Counted from the first letter of the whole stretch, positions 1 to 10,201 are shown. The stretch: 63,185 nt of DNA, filler included, from Lenisia limosa (GCA_001655205.1; 16 parts of 16 records of this genome joined end to end with filler, not necessarily neighbours in it); one strand, 5' to 3'. Translations and numbers: made by a program. Notes: a model not told the origin generated them from the sequence alone.

Positions 1-170
1 GTATTGTATAGTATATAGTATAGTATAGTATATAGTATTGTATTGTATAGTATAGTATATAGTATAGTATTGTATAGTATAGTATATAGTATAGTATAGA
101 GTATAGTATTGTATAGAGTATAGTATTGTAAATGGTATATAATATATGATATATAATATATGGTATATAG
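1..170. repeat. (TATAG/TATTG)n low-complexity microsatellite at the contig 1 left end
   Basis: Continuous gtatagtatatagtattg units; no coding signal. Confidence 0.85.
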
Positions 171-251
171 TACAGATAAAACTTGTTGAAGTTTACAAAA
201 ACCTTAACACAATCTCCAAGTCTGAAGAGAGGGGGGTGAAGGAACTTTGTT

Positions 252-700
252 ATGTGCACCAAAATACTAAAGTTGGTGGCATTGGTGGCAGTGGCAGGTG
301 GCAGNNNNNNNNNNNNNNNNNNNNNNNNNNNNNNNNNNNNNNNNNNNNNNNNNNNNNNNNNNNNNNNNNNNNNNNNNNNNNNNNNNNNNNNNNNNNNNNN
401 NNNNNNNNNNNNNNNNNNNNNNNNNNNNNNNNNNNNNNNNNNNNNNNNNNNNNNNNNNNNNNNNNNNNNNNNNNNNNNNNNNNNNNNNNNNNNNNNNNNN
501 NNNNNNNNNNNNNNNNNNNNNNNNNNNNNNNNNNNNNNNNNNNNNNNNNNNNNNNNNNNNNNNNNNNNNNNNNNNGTGGCAGTGGCAGGTGGCAGAGAAG
601 TCATGACGTCATCAGATTTATCCATGAAGTAGTGACGAGAAGTTCGAAAAATCGCTAAGTACAAATAATGTGCACCAAAAAACTAAAGTTGGTGGCAGTG
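252..700. repeat. Direct repeat ATGTGCACCAAAA(T/A)ACTAAAGTTGGTGGCA plus a GGTGGCAGTGGCAG minisatellite around an N gap
   Basis: The same ~30-bp motif starts at about 252 and 669; GTGGCAG units flank the N run 305-575. Confidence 0.6.
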
Positions 701-953
701 ATATGGGGATGGGTTTAGAGTACCCTGAAACAGTAAATATTTAATCTTCTTGTAATTAATGGAAACTGTTGGTAGTTATTAGGGTGAAACTGAAGAAAGG
801 GAAGCCCACAGCAAAATCCGTTACTAGCCTACTCTAGGCGATGGTAGCTGCAATGTTTTAGTTGGTAGCTGGCGTACTGGCTCTGTCGGGCTTGGTTGAG
901 GAATCTAAACAATGAGTGGGAAAAAGTGGAAAGAGGAAGTGTTGACAAGGATG

Positions 954-3900
954 TTACTGGCCTACTGTGGGTTCATCTGGGTCGTTGTCGTGGTGTAGTT
1001 GGTTGGCTAACTTCATGAAGGCGACCTGAGTGGCCGGTGTCGAAGATGGACGCTGCTGCTTTTTTTTCTTCGGTTTCTCGGCGGCCTTGTCCGTTACCTT
1101 CTTGGCAGCCTTCTTAGCGGCCTTCTTGGCTGCCTTGTCGCTGGCCTTCTCGTTGGCCTTCTTGGCGGCCATCTCGTTGGCCTTCTTGGCGGCCATCTCG
1201 TTGGCCTTCTTGGCGGCCATCTCGTTAGCCTTCTTGGCGGTCATATCGTTAGCCTTCTTGGCGGCCATCTCGTTGGCCTTCTTGGCGGCCTTCGCTGCCT
1301 TTTTCTTGGCAGTATTCTTGGCTGCGCGGAGGAGACTTTCTTTTCGCGCTTCTTGTTGGGCGGCGGTTTGGTTGGCGCGGTTGGCGGCGGCAGCGGCTGC
1401 TGGCCTATTTATGCGTTCGACTTGGGCGGCGTGAGAGGCGGCGGACTTGGTTGCCTTTACCCGCTTGGCGGTTTCGTCGGCGGAAAGTTGTCTAGCCATT
1501 TTATCGGCAGCGGCAGTAAGCTGAATGCGTGTCTTAGCGGCATCGGACTTGAGGTGTACACGCTTGGGCGACTTTGCCGGCGGGGGTTTGCTTGGGGCCT
1601 GGCGTTTGGCGGGACGACCCTGTTGGCTAGAGGGGATAAGAAGGTCCTTCTCTTTGTCTTCGTCTTCTTCTTCTTCTTCTTCTTCTTCTTCTTCTTCTTC
1701 TTCTTCTTCTTCTTCTTCACCGAAGGCTTGTTCTTCTTCTTCTTCTTCTTCCAAGTCGATGGACAGATTGGAGTCGTGTTCACGGTCCATGAGGTTAAGC
1801 TTCGGTGCAACCGCGGCGGCCTTGGTGTCCATAACGTAGTGGATGGTGCCGCTTTTCGGCTGCGCGTCTTTTAGAGGGTCCAGCACCTCGACAACCTTGT
1901 ACACTGTGTTGTTGAGAAGTACGCGGCTGTTCAAAGGCAAGCCTTCTGCAAGGGTGCTGAAGTGGTAGCAGCTAAGTTGCTCCGGGGAGAGGATGGCGAG
2001 GTCGTCGTCGGTGGCGGCGGCGGATTTTGGCTGCGTGGAGAGATCTGGCGACGGCGACCGGCGTTTTTGTCGCTTGCCGGTGGTCTTGGCGGCCTTGGCG
2101 GTGGCGGCGGAGGCAAGGTATTCCTCCTCCGAACCTGTGAGGCTGGCGTTGTCGTCGGCTTCGTTGCTAGCGGATAACGCAAAAGCCGACTCGGCAAGAG
2201 GGGTAATTCCCTGCGCGACGTCATTGCGGCCGTACTCTGCCCAGCCGGGAGGTGGCAGTGGGCCTTCTCGGCCTAGGAGGTAGTTGGCGTACTCCTTAGT
2301 CGGGCTTCCGTCGCCGGCAAAAATTGCGTGGACCGTGATGTGGCCGAGGTTGGCGATGAGGCCGTCGCAGAACAGTGGAACGACGAGGGATATGTCACCT
2401 CGATGGCGAGTCGTAGGGCAACCACCGTCGTGGCATGAAAACACGTCGGCGTTAATCTGGAGGATCGCCTCCTGGCGGCCGTTGTCGGAGCGGCGACGCG
2501 GTCCTTGCAGCACAATGTTCCGAAGGACGTTGTGTTGAACGCAAATGCGTGAGTTGGCGGCGTCAGTTATAGCCGTCCGTGTAGCACCAGCCGCCAATCC
2601 GGCAGACATCATCGGACGGCCGTACCTGGCAAAGGTAACCACCGTGGAGGAGTCGTCCGTGTTGGCTTCCAGCATGCCTTTGGCGTCCATGGCGAAGGCG
2701 AGGGCGTGGAGGCCGAGGGCGGCTTCTAGGGGGGAATTCCAGGCAGGAGCGTAGTCCTGGTCGGAAACGTCGTAGTGGGAGAAGTCGTGGTCAGACGGTA
2801 GGCGGGGAGGGGCGGCTGTGAAGGCCCACGGAAGGCTGTCGGAGTTGAAATGGAAGTTGTCCGGCAGTTCCAACCGGGGCAGGGAGAAGATATTGACAGT
2901 GTCCTGGGGTTTGTCGGACCAGCCTCGGCAGGCAGCGTCAAACCAACGGCTGACGACGCCCTTGCTGCGTTTCAAATCGTGGCGGCGAATTGCCATCCAG
3001 AACCTTGTAAGATTGACGGCAGCTGCGTCGACGAGGCGGGNNNNNNNNNNNNNNNNNNNNNNNNNNNNNNNNNNNNNNNNNNNNNNNNNNNNNNNNNNNN
3101 GTCGACCAGAAGACGGCGTCCCAGTCCATGACCAAAGGGTCACTGTCGGCCTGCTTGCCTGTCGGCTTCTTGTACACGTCCATGCAGGTGGCGGTGGCGG
3201 CGGTAATAACGGAGTTGAACAGGGCTTGGGCGGCAGTCTGGGGTGTCCACGACCCTGATATCGCCGGGAAGTTGAGGGCTCCAGTGTTCCAGCCGAGGGG
3301 GTTGCCGACGGCGGCGGTAAGCAGGACCTGGGACTGGTTGTTGCTGACAGCGAGGCTGTTGACAATGGCCTTAACGACGGCAGTGGCGTGTTCTCGTTCG
3401 TTCACTAGGAGTTCGTGGAAGAAGGACAGCAGGTCCTTGGGGAGGGACGACTTGGCACCGGCGAAGGGAGCGATCGCAGCGATGGCGGCAACGACGGCGG
3501 GAGTGAGGACGGCGACGTTGGAGGCGTAGCGGCCTTCTGCCTTAATAAGAACAGTCGCGTACGCCATCGCCACCAGGCAACTTGTTTTGGTTACCACCAC
3601 CTTGCGGTCGACAAGGCCTTGAAGGAACTCGTCGTGTAGGTCGGCGTTGTAGGCCGGGCTGGCGCGAAGCAGACCTGGCACCGCGTCAGGGCAGATAAAG
3701 ATTCGGTCGTCGTATAGGAGGTTCGTGTACTGAGCCCGGCCCCATCGCCGCTTCAGCGAGCCAGACCAAACCGCCGGCGTTTGGTTGGCAATCTTGCCGC
3801 ATTCCCGAAGCCAACGGCCGAGGAAGCTTCCAGGTAAGCTGCTGCAGTCTTCATTGCGCAGCCTCTTCGAGGCCAGTGCGACGGCGCATGGTGATCGCGG

Positions 3901-4810
3901 CGTCAATACGGTTCCGTTCGAAATGGCAGCCAGGAGGGCGGTGCGCGTCACTCCCTTGGGCCTCTTGGTGGTGTCGTCACTGCGGGAGGCCCTCTCACGG
4001 TAGGAGACACTTAGCGCCTTAGCTTCTTCAGCGGTGTCGGTTGCGTACGTCGCGACGTTAACCTTGAAGGCCTGTCGTTCTTTAATAGACAGGCCTGTCA
4101 GATACGGGAACATGGAGTTGATACTGTCGCGATGAACCTCCGCCACCTGCTCGTCGCTGAAGTAGCCGGCTGCAATGAGGAGGAGGTATGTAATATGCTG
4201 GCCGTTGAGGATGCCCACACGCTTGTGTAGAAGGCCGTCATGTGTGATGTCGAGGTCGTCGGCGTCGTCATGTGGCCGCCTGATCACGCCAAGGGCAATG
4301 TCGGGCGTACGTCGTGATGACCCACCAATAAGACGTACTGCCCTCACTAGGCTGAACTCCCGGTGGTTTACCAGGGCCGTGACCCCACTGGTCCAAGCCC
4401 TGTGCAAGTCACTGATTGTGACCGGGCCAGTCATTCCGACAGCACCTGTCACTTCCGCCTGCGGGTCGTTACCGGCCTCCGCCGTTCTCAGGTCTGTTCG
4501 CCCGGTGAATGTGGCCGCCGCCCCGTTGTTGTCAATGTTGATAATCACAGCGCCTCCAAGGTCGGGGTCTTCATGTACCGCTGAGTCGTCATGTGTCGTC
4601 AACATCAGCTTAGTTGTTAAGGCCGCTGCCGACAGCTCTTCTTCGACAACCTCCGGCACCTGGCTGTCGGCGTCTTCAATCACACTCTTCCACAACTGCA
4701 CATCGGCCTCGCTAGGTTCGCCGACCGCTACCTACACCAGCGTAAGAGATAACCCACCAACACAAACAAAACGGTACACCTCAGATTTGTTGCAAACAGT
4801 CGCTTACCAT
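954..4810 (-). CDS. Large unknown protein (~1260 aa) with an acidic tract and a histone-H1-like Lys/Ala-rich C-terminus; possible Bro-N-like DNA-binding segments
   Basis: Track ORFs 2938-4701 and 954-3365 are best read as one gene, broken by the N gap 3041-3100 whose length shifts the frame. The ATG at 4810-4808 is followed by a GTAAGC...TAG intron (4807-4732) and an in-frame exon from 4731 (VAVGEPSEADVQLWK...). There is a poly-Glu tract and (AKKANEMA)n repeats. Probable extra 3' exons lie at 904-833 and 765-715, via GTAGGC donors at 965 and 832. Confidence 0.7.
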
Positions 4811-4869
4811 AGTAGAATTCCGTTGTCAACCGCGATTGCTACTTGACGCGATCGTGGCTGAGATGCTGG

Positions 4870-5290
4870 ACGACAATCTCGCCTAAAGAGGTAAGCACCA
4901 AAGTTGGGGAAGGAAATAATTGAGGGCTACCTCCGCGGATTCCGCGGAGGTTTTAAAATTTCCAAAAAAAACGAAAAGACTGTCAAGTGCTTACAGGGTC
5001 TTGGCTGTGAAGTTGCTTGCAGTTGCCTGATACTGAACGACAATCTCACCTAAAGAGGTAAGCACCAAAGTTGGGGAAGGAAATAATTGAGGGCCACCTC
5101 CGCGGATTCCGCGGAGGTTTTAAAATTTCCAAAAAAAACGAAAAGACTGTCAAGTGCTTACAGGATCTTGGCGGTGAAGTTGCTTGCAGTTGCCTGATAC
5201 TGAACGACAATCTCACCTAAAGAGGTAAGCAACAAAGTTGGGGAAGGAAATAATTGAGGGCCACCTCCGCGGATTCCGCGGAGGTTTTTT
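4870..5290 (-). repeat. 167-bp tandem repeat = 55-nt micro-exon + 112-nt intron containing a 23-bp palindrome
   Basis: ACCTCCGCGGA-T-TCCGCGGAGGT occurs at 4929-4951, 5096-5118 and 5263-5285 (period 167). On the minus strand each unit has CTTTAG| exon |GTAAGC (exons 5216-5162 and 5049-4995). Confidence 0.9.
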
Positions 5291-5645
5291 TTTTTTTGTG
5301 GAAAATAAAAAAAAACTTCACGAGTGAACACATACCTTGGAACACACGAAGTCGTAAAAAGGGGGGTGATAATTGTTTTTTTTTTTTTAAATAGTNNNNN
5401 NNNNNNNNNNNNNNNNNNNNNNNNNNNNNNNNNNNNNNNNNNNNNNNNNNNNNNNNNNNNNNNNNNNNNNNNNNNNNNNNNNNNNNNNNNNNNNNNNNNN
5501 NNNNNNNNNNNNNNNNNNNNNNNNNNNNNNNNNNNNNNNNNNNNNNNNNNNNNNNNNNNNNNNNNNNNNNNNNNNNNNNNNNNNNNNNNNNNNNNNNNNN
5601 NNNNNNNNNNNNNNNNNNNNNNNNNNNNNNNNNNNNNNNNNNNNN

Positions 5646-5766
5646 AGCCGACGGCCCTTTTTTAGCCGATGGCCGACTCCGCGGAGGTGACCTGAACCAT
5701 TGTGTGGTTGGCTACAAACAAAAGGGCCGTCGGCTATCACGCCCTGAACTGAACTGAACTGAACTG
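5646..5766. other. Central hairpin (perfect 16-bp inverted repeat) followed by (GAACT)n
   Basis: AGCCGACGGCCCTTTT (5646-5661) is the reverse complement of AAAAGGGCCGTCGGCT (5720-5735). The loop contains a half-site CTCCGCGGAGGT. CTGAA repeats run from about 5745 to 5766. Confidence 0.8.
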
Positions 5767-5844
5767 GTGTCACCCAATTAACTATTTAAGCTTCTATTTT
5801 TGAAAAAAATATCATCAAAATAGCACGGCTCCTCAAGAACCAAG

Positions 5845-6105
5845 GTATGCTCGGCTTCCGTTTTCGTTATTGTTTCCGCGTAGGTGGCCCTCATATCTTT
5901 TTCCATCTTTGTTGCTTACCTCTTCAGGCGACATTGTCCTTCAGCAACAAGCAACTGCAAGCAACCATAGCCAAGACCACTGTAAGCACTGACAGTCTTT
6001 TCGTTTTTTTTTTTGGAATTTTGAAACCTCCGCGGAATCCGCGGAGGTGGCCCTCATATCTTTTTCCATCTTTGTTGCTTACCTCTTCAGGCGACATTGT
6101 CCTTC
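5845..6105 (+). repeat. Inverted, diverged copy of the leader repeat (163-bp period; 54-nt micro-exon + 109-nt intron with palindrome)
   Basis: TTCAG|GCGACATTGTCC occurs at 5927 and 6090. The exon 5928-5981 is followed by GTAAGC. The palindrome ACCTCCGCGGA-A-TCCGCGGAGGT is at 6026-6048. It is homologous to the reverse complement of 4870-5290. Confidence 0.85.
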
Positions 6106-6180
6106 GACTATAGTGCTAACGGTGTCCCTCCTAAGGGTGTGACTGAAACCTTTGTGAGTTTTTAACTGGTCCACGCTGCG

Positions 6181-9100
6181 ATGCAAGCTAATGACAATGT
6201 GGAGGAGGTTTGTTGGGGTGCTGGATCCTTTTAACTGCTGCAGCCGGTTGTGGCTTAAGTGTGATTTGTATGACTGAGACTTATGTTGTGTAGGTCACTG
6301 TCAAGATCCGTGTGGAGGAAGGCGGAGAAATTAGAATCCTTCCAGCCCTCAGGGATCTAATGGTTGCGCTTGACCTTCGTGTGACACAAGCAGGGTACGT
6401 AGTTCGCCAAGTGAGCAAGGACTGTGTGCCAAGCGACGTTGTTACCCGGCAAGGTGACCCAATACACATTACTGAGTTTGCACTACTGGTGCGAACGAGT
6501 CCAACTATCGTTCCAGAGCTGGAAAGCATCTTTCGGCGTGTATGTGAGGGATTAAGAAGTCTTTTTGTTTTCTGTAGTTGTTTTTCTCTTCTTTGACAAT
6601 TTGATTGTTTGTTTTGTTCCCGTTAACCTGTGTTTAGTCTCCAAGTATCCTAGAGAAGGACCTACCAACCTTCGTCGCTGGTGACGACGATCTCTATATT
6701 GAAGTACGGACCGACCTAGTACGGTTTTATGACGTTGACTACAGCTTTCAAGTTCAGGGTCCCGTGCCGACAGATTTTACTACAATGCCTGCCAGGCGTT
6801 ATCATACCCGGTATCCGGCTACGGAAGAGGAGGCCGCCGTCTTTGCGTCCAGATACCCGAGGCATGCCGGCCTCGAGGTACGACAACCCCAGACCAGTGC
6901 CCTCGACCATGTCTTGTCGACTCAGGGCTTGGTCGGAGCCGGGGCAGAAGATGTGTCAGTCATACTTGGCTTTGCGATGACACCATACGACGTCCGCCTG
7001 CAGCTCGCCGAGGATTCTGGAAACCGAAGCTACGCAGCGACTGGAATCGTGTATATCTATGGCGTGGCAGGCAGTGGGAAGAGTTTGCTGTTCAACCTTG
7101 TGGTTAGCGGTGTGTCGGATGAGGCGGTGGCCACTTTCCCTGGGGCGGACCGTAACTTCCCGCTAAGTGAGCTTTACGACGCACAGCATGGGCTGATTTA
7201 CCTCGCCAACAGCGATCTCAGTTCAGACCCGTCCGTTCACGCCGGACTCGACGTCGTTAAGAAGCTCGTTTTGAGCGAAGCCGTCTCGGTGGCCAAGAAG
7301 AACCGCCATTCCAAACGAGTAACCAATAAGAAGTTCTCGCTCCTGTTAACCGCCAACTTTCGAATGCCAGCGACTCCGACCGACCGTGACGCCACCGACC
7401 GTCGTCTTATCGTTATTCCCTTCCACACGAAGATCAATCCAGCCCACCTTGACGCAACCGTGGAGGGATGCCTCCAGCGCTGTGCTGGCGACGTGTTTGT
7501 GCACTGCGTGCGCGCGTATCACACCCGCATGGCCATGTACGAGGCTGGTGGCGTTGCCAGCCCCAACTGGGCCCATCACCTCTCATCCGATCACACCGCC
7601 GCCAGCAATAGCACAAATGCCGCCCTCGCGGACCTGGTACACGTCGCTAACGGAACAACAATGACGGTCAAGCGCCGAGCCGCCCTAGTGCGCGGTGTGT
7701 GTGCCATTAATCTTGATGAGGCAGCGCCATGCCTCAGTCGCGCCGCCGTGGTCAACGCGGTCACGTCTACCGTCTCCGAGGCCCGCGTCGGTGACAACGA
7801 CAATCCTGGTGACGGCGACCTCATCCGTGCGATTCCTACCGACCTTGCCTCGAAGTTTCGCCTAACGAGCGACGTCCTCAATGAAGCCTTCCGTCCTTAT
7901 CCAGTGGAACGTCTTAGTGTTCGGCGCAACAACTGTAGACGACTTCGCCTGCAGGTGGTTGACGACCCTGTTGCGGGACTCAAGCGCAGCCTCGCAGACC
8001 TTGCTGCCGACCTTGACGAGGACGACGACGGACGTCAGGAGGGCGCTGAAGGCATTCGGCCAGCCGCCTTTGTGCCCGGGCCTCAACCCGACGTCTTCCG
8101 GGCCACTGTGTCCAGGGAGAAGCTCGCCAACCTGATCCGCCGAGTCCGTATTTCTCATGTAGATACGGAAGGCAACCCAGTTGACGCCCCTTCCCCTGTA
8201 GCAGGTCGCCCCCGCCGTCGACCCTCCGGTCGTGGCACTATTAATGCGCCCATCGATATTGTCGACGAAAATTTGGACTATGGTAACTTGTCGCCCATGC
8301 ACAGTCCGCAGCTGAGACCATGTCTACCACTGGAGGAAGTGGGTGACCTCGACCTTCTTGAGTTCGCTGCCGAAGGCCCCCAAGTTCCAGAAGTTCCTGT
8401 TGAAGGCCCGCAAGTTCCAGAAGTTCCCGATGAAGGCCCGCAAGTTCCCGAAGACCACGTTGAAGGCCCGCAAGTTCCCGAAGTTCCCGTTGAAGGCCCC
8501 CTAGTTCCAGAAGTTCCTCGTGTTGCCGCCCCGCGCCCAGTCAAGGTCAACCGTCCTTCGATGCCGCCCCAACGAACGGTATCTACTAAAGATCGCCCCA
8601 GCCCTGAGTTCCCGTCGCCAAACTCCTTCCCGCGGACAGTCTACTTTGGAAAAGAACCAAACTTACAGAAGTTCCTCAAGCGTCCCAGGTTCGAGCCCGG
8701 AATATCCAGAACCGGGATAGTTGAGGGCGTGTATAAGCCCTTCAGAGGCCCAGCAAACTATATCGTGAAGTATGCTCAGCTCGACGACGGCCGCCGTCTA
8801 CTTGACAGTGAGGGAATTATGGCCCGTATGCCGACATGCCCTTCTTGCAGCTGGACGTTATCACCTCGCCCTTTCCGTGACTTCCCCAATTGGCACTGTG
8901 TCTACTGTCACGGGTCACCTAAGGTCAACTTCCCTGACTGGCCTGTCCTCACAGGCGACAACGATCCTGATTGCTCAGACACTCCAGCGATTAAAGACCA
9001 GCTCAGCCTTGCTCAGAAGTTCCTCCGTAGTATGGAGCTACGACTTGCGGGCCTTAGGGCGATCCAGTACCACTGGAGGGCCGTAACGCCTGGTACCGTA

Positions 9101-9784
9101 CCAAACGCCGCCCGCATGGCCGCAGCTGCTGTAGGTTTCTACTGCTTGATGTATACACTCTATATTTATACATCCATATTGTATTATACGTTGTGATAAA
9201 TTTGTTTATTTTCAATGATTTTTCAAGGCCGCCGCCGTCAAGCAGGACACTGTACAGCCCCGCCTGCCTCTACCAAACCTCGACATTCCTCCGAGTCCAA
9301 CTGACACGCTTGTAAGCGTACTTGGTGTTTTTATGTTTTTTTGATGGTGTCTCACTGTCGTGTTGATCCTTGTTCAGAGGTCACTCAGTCCCGAAATTTC
9401 GCCCTTTTCGTCACCAGTTGATAATGAAACAACACCACCGCTCACGGAATTAAATTCGGTATGTCTTTCATGATGTATTGGTCTGGTCTCCTTTATATGC
9501 TGAATGGTTTAGTCTCCTTTATATGCTGAACTCTCTTTGATGACTTCTTTTCAGACCGACAACGATCGTCGCCGGAATGTGGCGGTTACCCCTACTGCCC
9601 TTTGTGTATGCAAGGTCGAAACCTTACAAAGCATTCTCTTTTGTTTTGTGCCTTTTTCGCCACGGCTAATTTTTTTCAGTTTGACAGTGACAGTAACAGT
9701 GACGACGACTTTAACTCCCCGGTGTCCGTTTCACAGTGCAGCCAACGGAAGATCCCGAATTCTGCCGTCTCCGCTGAGTTTTAG
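6181..9784 (+). CDS. D5/P4-family SF3 (AAA+) DNA helicase-like protein, ~1030 aa, with a C-terminal C4 zinc ribbon; no primase domain visible
   Basis: Walker A IYIYGVAGSGKS (7061-7084), a divergent Walker B LIYLANSD, motif C FSLLLTAN (about 7340-7357) and arginine finger DRRLIVIPF (7397-7423) occur in the D5/P4 order and spacing. CPSC-x16-CVYC lies at 8837-8908. Inferred exons are 6181-6207, 6294-6539, 6638-9130, 9228-9311, 9378-9458, 9555-9605 and 9680-9784, all joined in frame by GT-AG introns. The start codon is uncertain (6181 or 6360). Confidence 0.8.
8372..8521 (+). repeat. Five 30-bp coding repeats (EGPQVPEVPV)
   Basis: GAAGGCCC recurs at 8372, 8402, 8432, 8462 and 8492 within the helicase ORF. 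Confidence 0.9.
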
Positions 9785-10101
9785 CTATGTTTACTATATT
9801 ATGAATTTCTTATACCTCTACCGGCATGGTCTCACACAGCTTGATGGCCATATGTGGATTACTATTTCCTCAAAGCTGTTATTTCAGTGCTTTTAACAAC
9901 TTGGGATATAGATCCACAGGTGTTAGAGAGAGTTTGCAGTGGTTTACAAGAGAGCGCGACCTGGAAGAACAAGGTTTACCACTAGATCATGTTTGAAAAT
10001 ACCTGATTCCAGCCCTATCTAAACACCCTGCCAGGCAATTAAAAGGCATTTCAGACTTTTTATTTTTACTTTACTGGCTTCCTACCCCCTTTTGAAGGCG
10101 A

Positions 10102-10201
10102 NNNNNNNNNNNNNNNNNNNNNNNNNNNNNNNNNNNNNNNNNNNNTTAATTAATTAANNNNNNNNNNNNNNNNNNNNNNNNNNNNNNNNNNNNNNNNNNN
10201 N
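10102..10201. other. Artificial contig-joining spacer (44 N + TTAATTAATTAA + 44 N), first of 15
   Basis: The identical six-frame-stop linker core starts at 10146, 11785, 17088, 18490, 19928, 23635, 24749, 28144, 29423, 35819, 40556, 51938, 57605, 58754 and 61732. Confidence 0.97.

Larger units (their letters stand above)
715..9784. mobile_element. Putative virus/plasmid-like endogenous element: two divergent genes (SF3 helicase and an unknown large protein) around an inverted-repeat leader region
   Basis: Long GC-rich intron-free ORF cores, unlike the 50-150-nt host exons elsewhere. D5/P4-type helicase motifs are present. The inverted 163-167-bp repeats with palindromes lie at 4870-5290 and 5845-6105. 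Element boundaries are not visible. Confidence 0.6.

Noticed and set aside
2270-2350. HUH endonuclease-like reading (GHITVHAIF ... EYANYL) that would pair with an SF3 helicase and hairpins
   Set aside because: No true HUH dyad, only about 12 aa between the putative motifs II and III, and the helicase is D5-type rather than CRESS/parvovirus-type.
2250-2540. Tyrosine-recombinase-like words in the large protein (HNVLR ... LGH ... TKEY)
   Set aside because: HxxLR rather than HxLR, about 55 aa between it and LGH instead of about 22, and no clear upstream catalytic Arg; not supportable without a structure search.
1030-4846. Plus-strand ORFs over the large gene (e.g. 1030-1434, 1525-1839, 4175-4846)
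   Set aside because: Antisense shadows of a GC-rich, low-complexity coding strand; no independent motifs.
4929-5285. 167-bp period resembling a nucleosome repeat length
   Set aside because: Only three units, and the mirror copy has a 163-bp period; coincidence cannot be excluded.
4870-6105. CRISPR-like repeat-spacer array
   Set aside because: The sequence between palindromes is near-identical, not unique spacers; the context is eukaryotic and no cas genes are present.
9820-10000. Possible third small ORF of the element downstream of the helicase
   Set aside because: Under 60 codons, no motif and no clear splice context.
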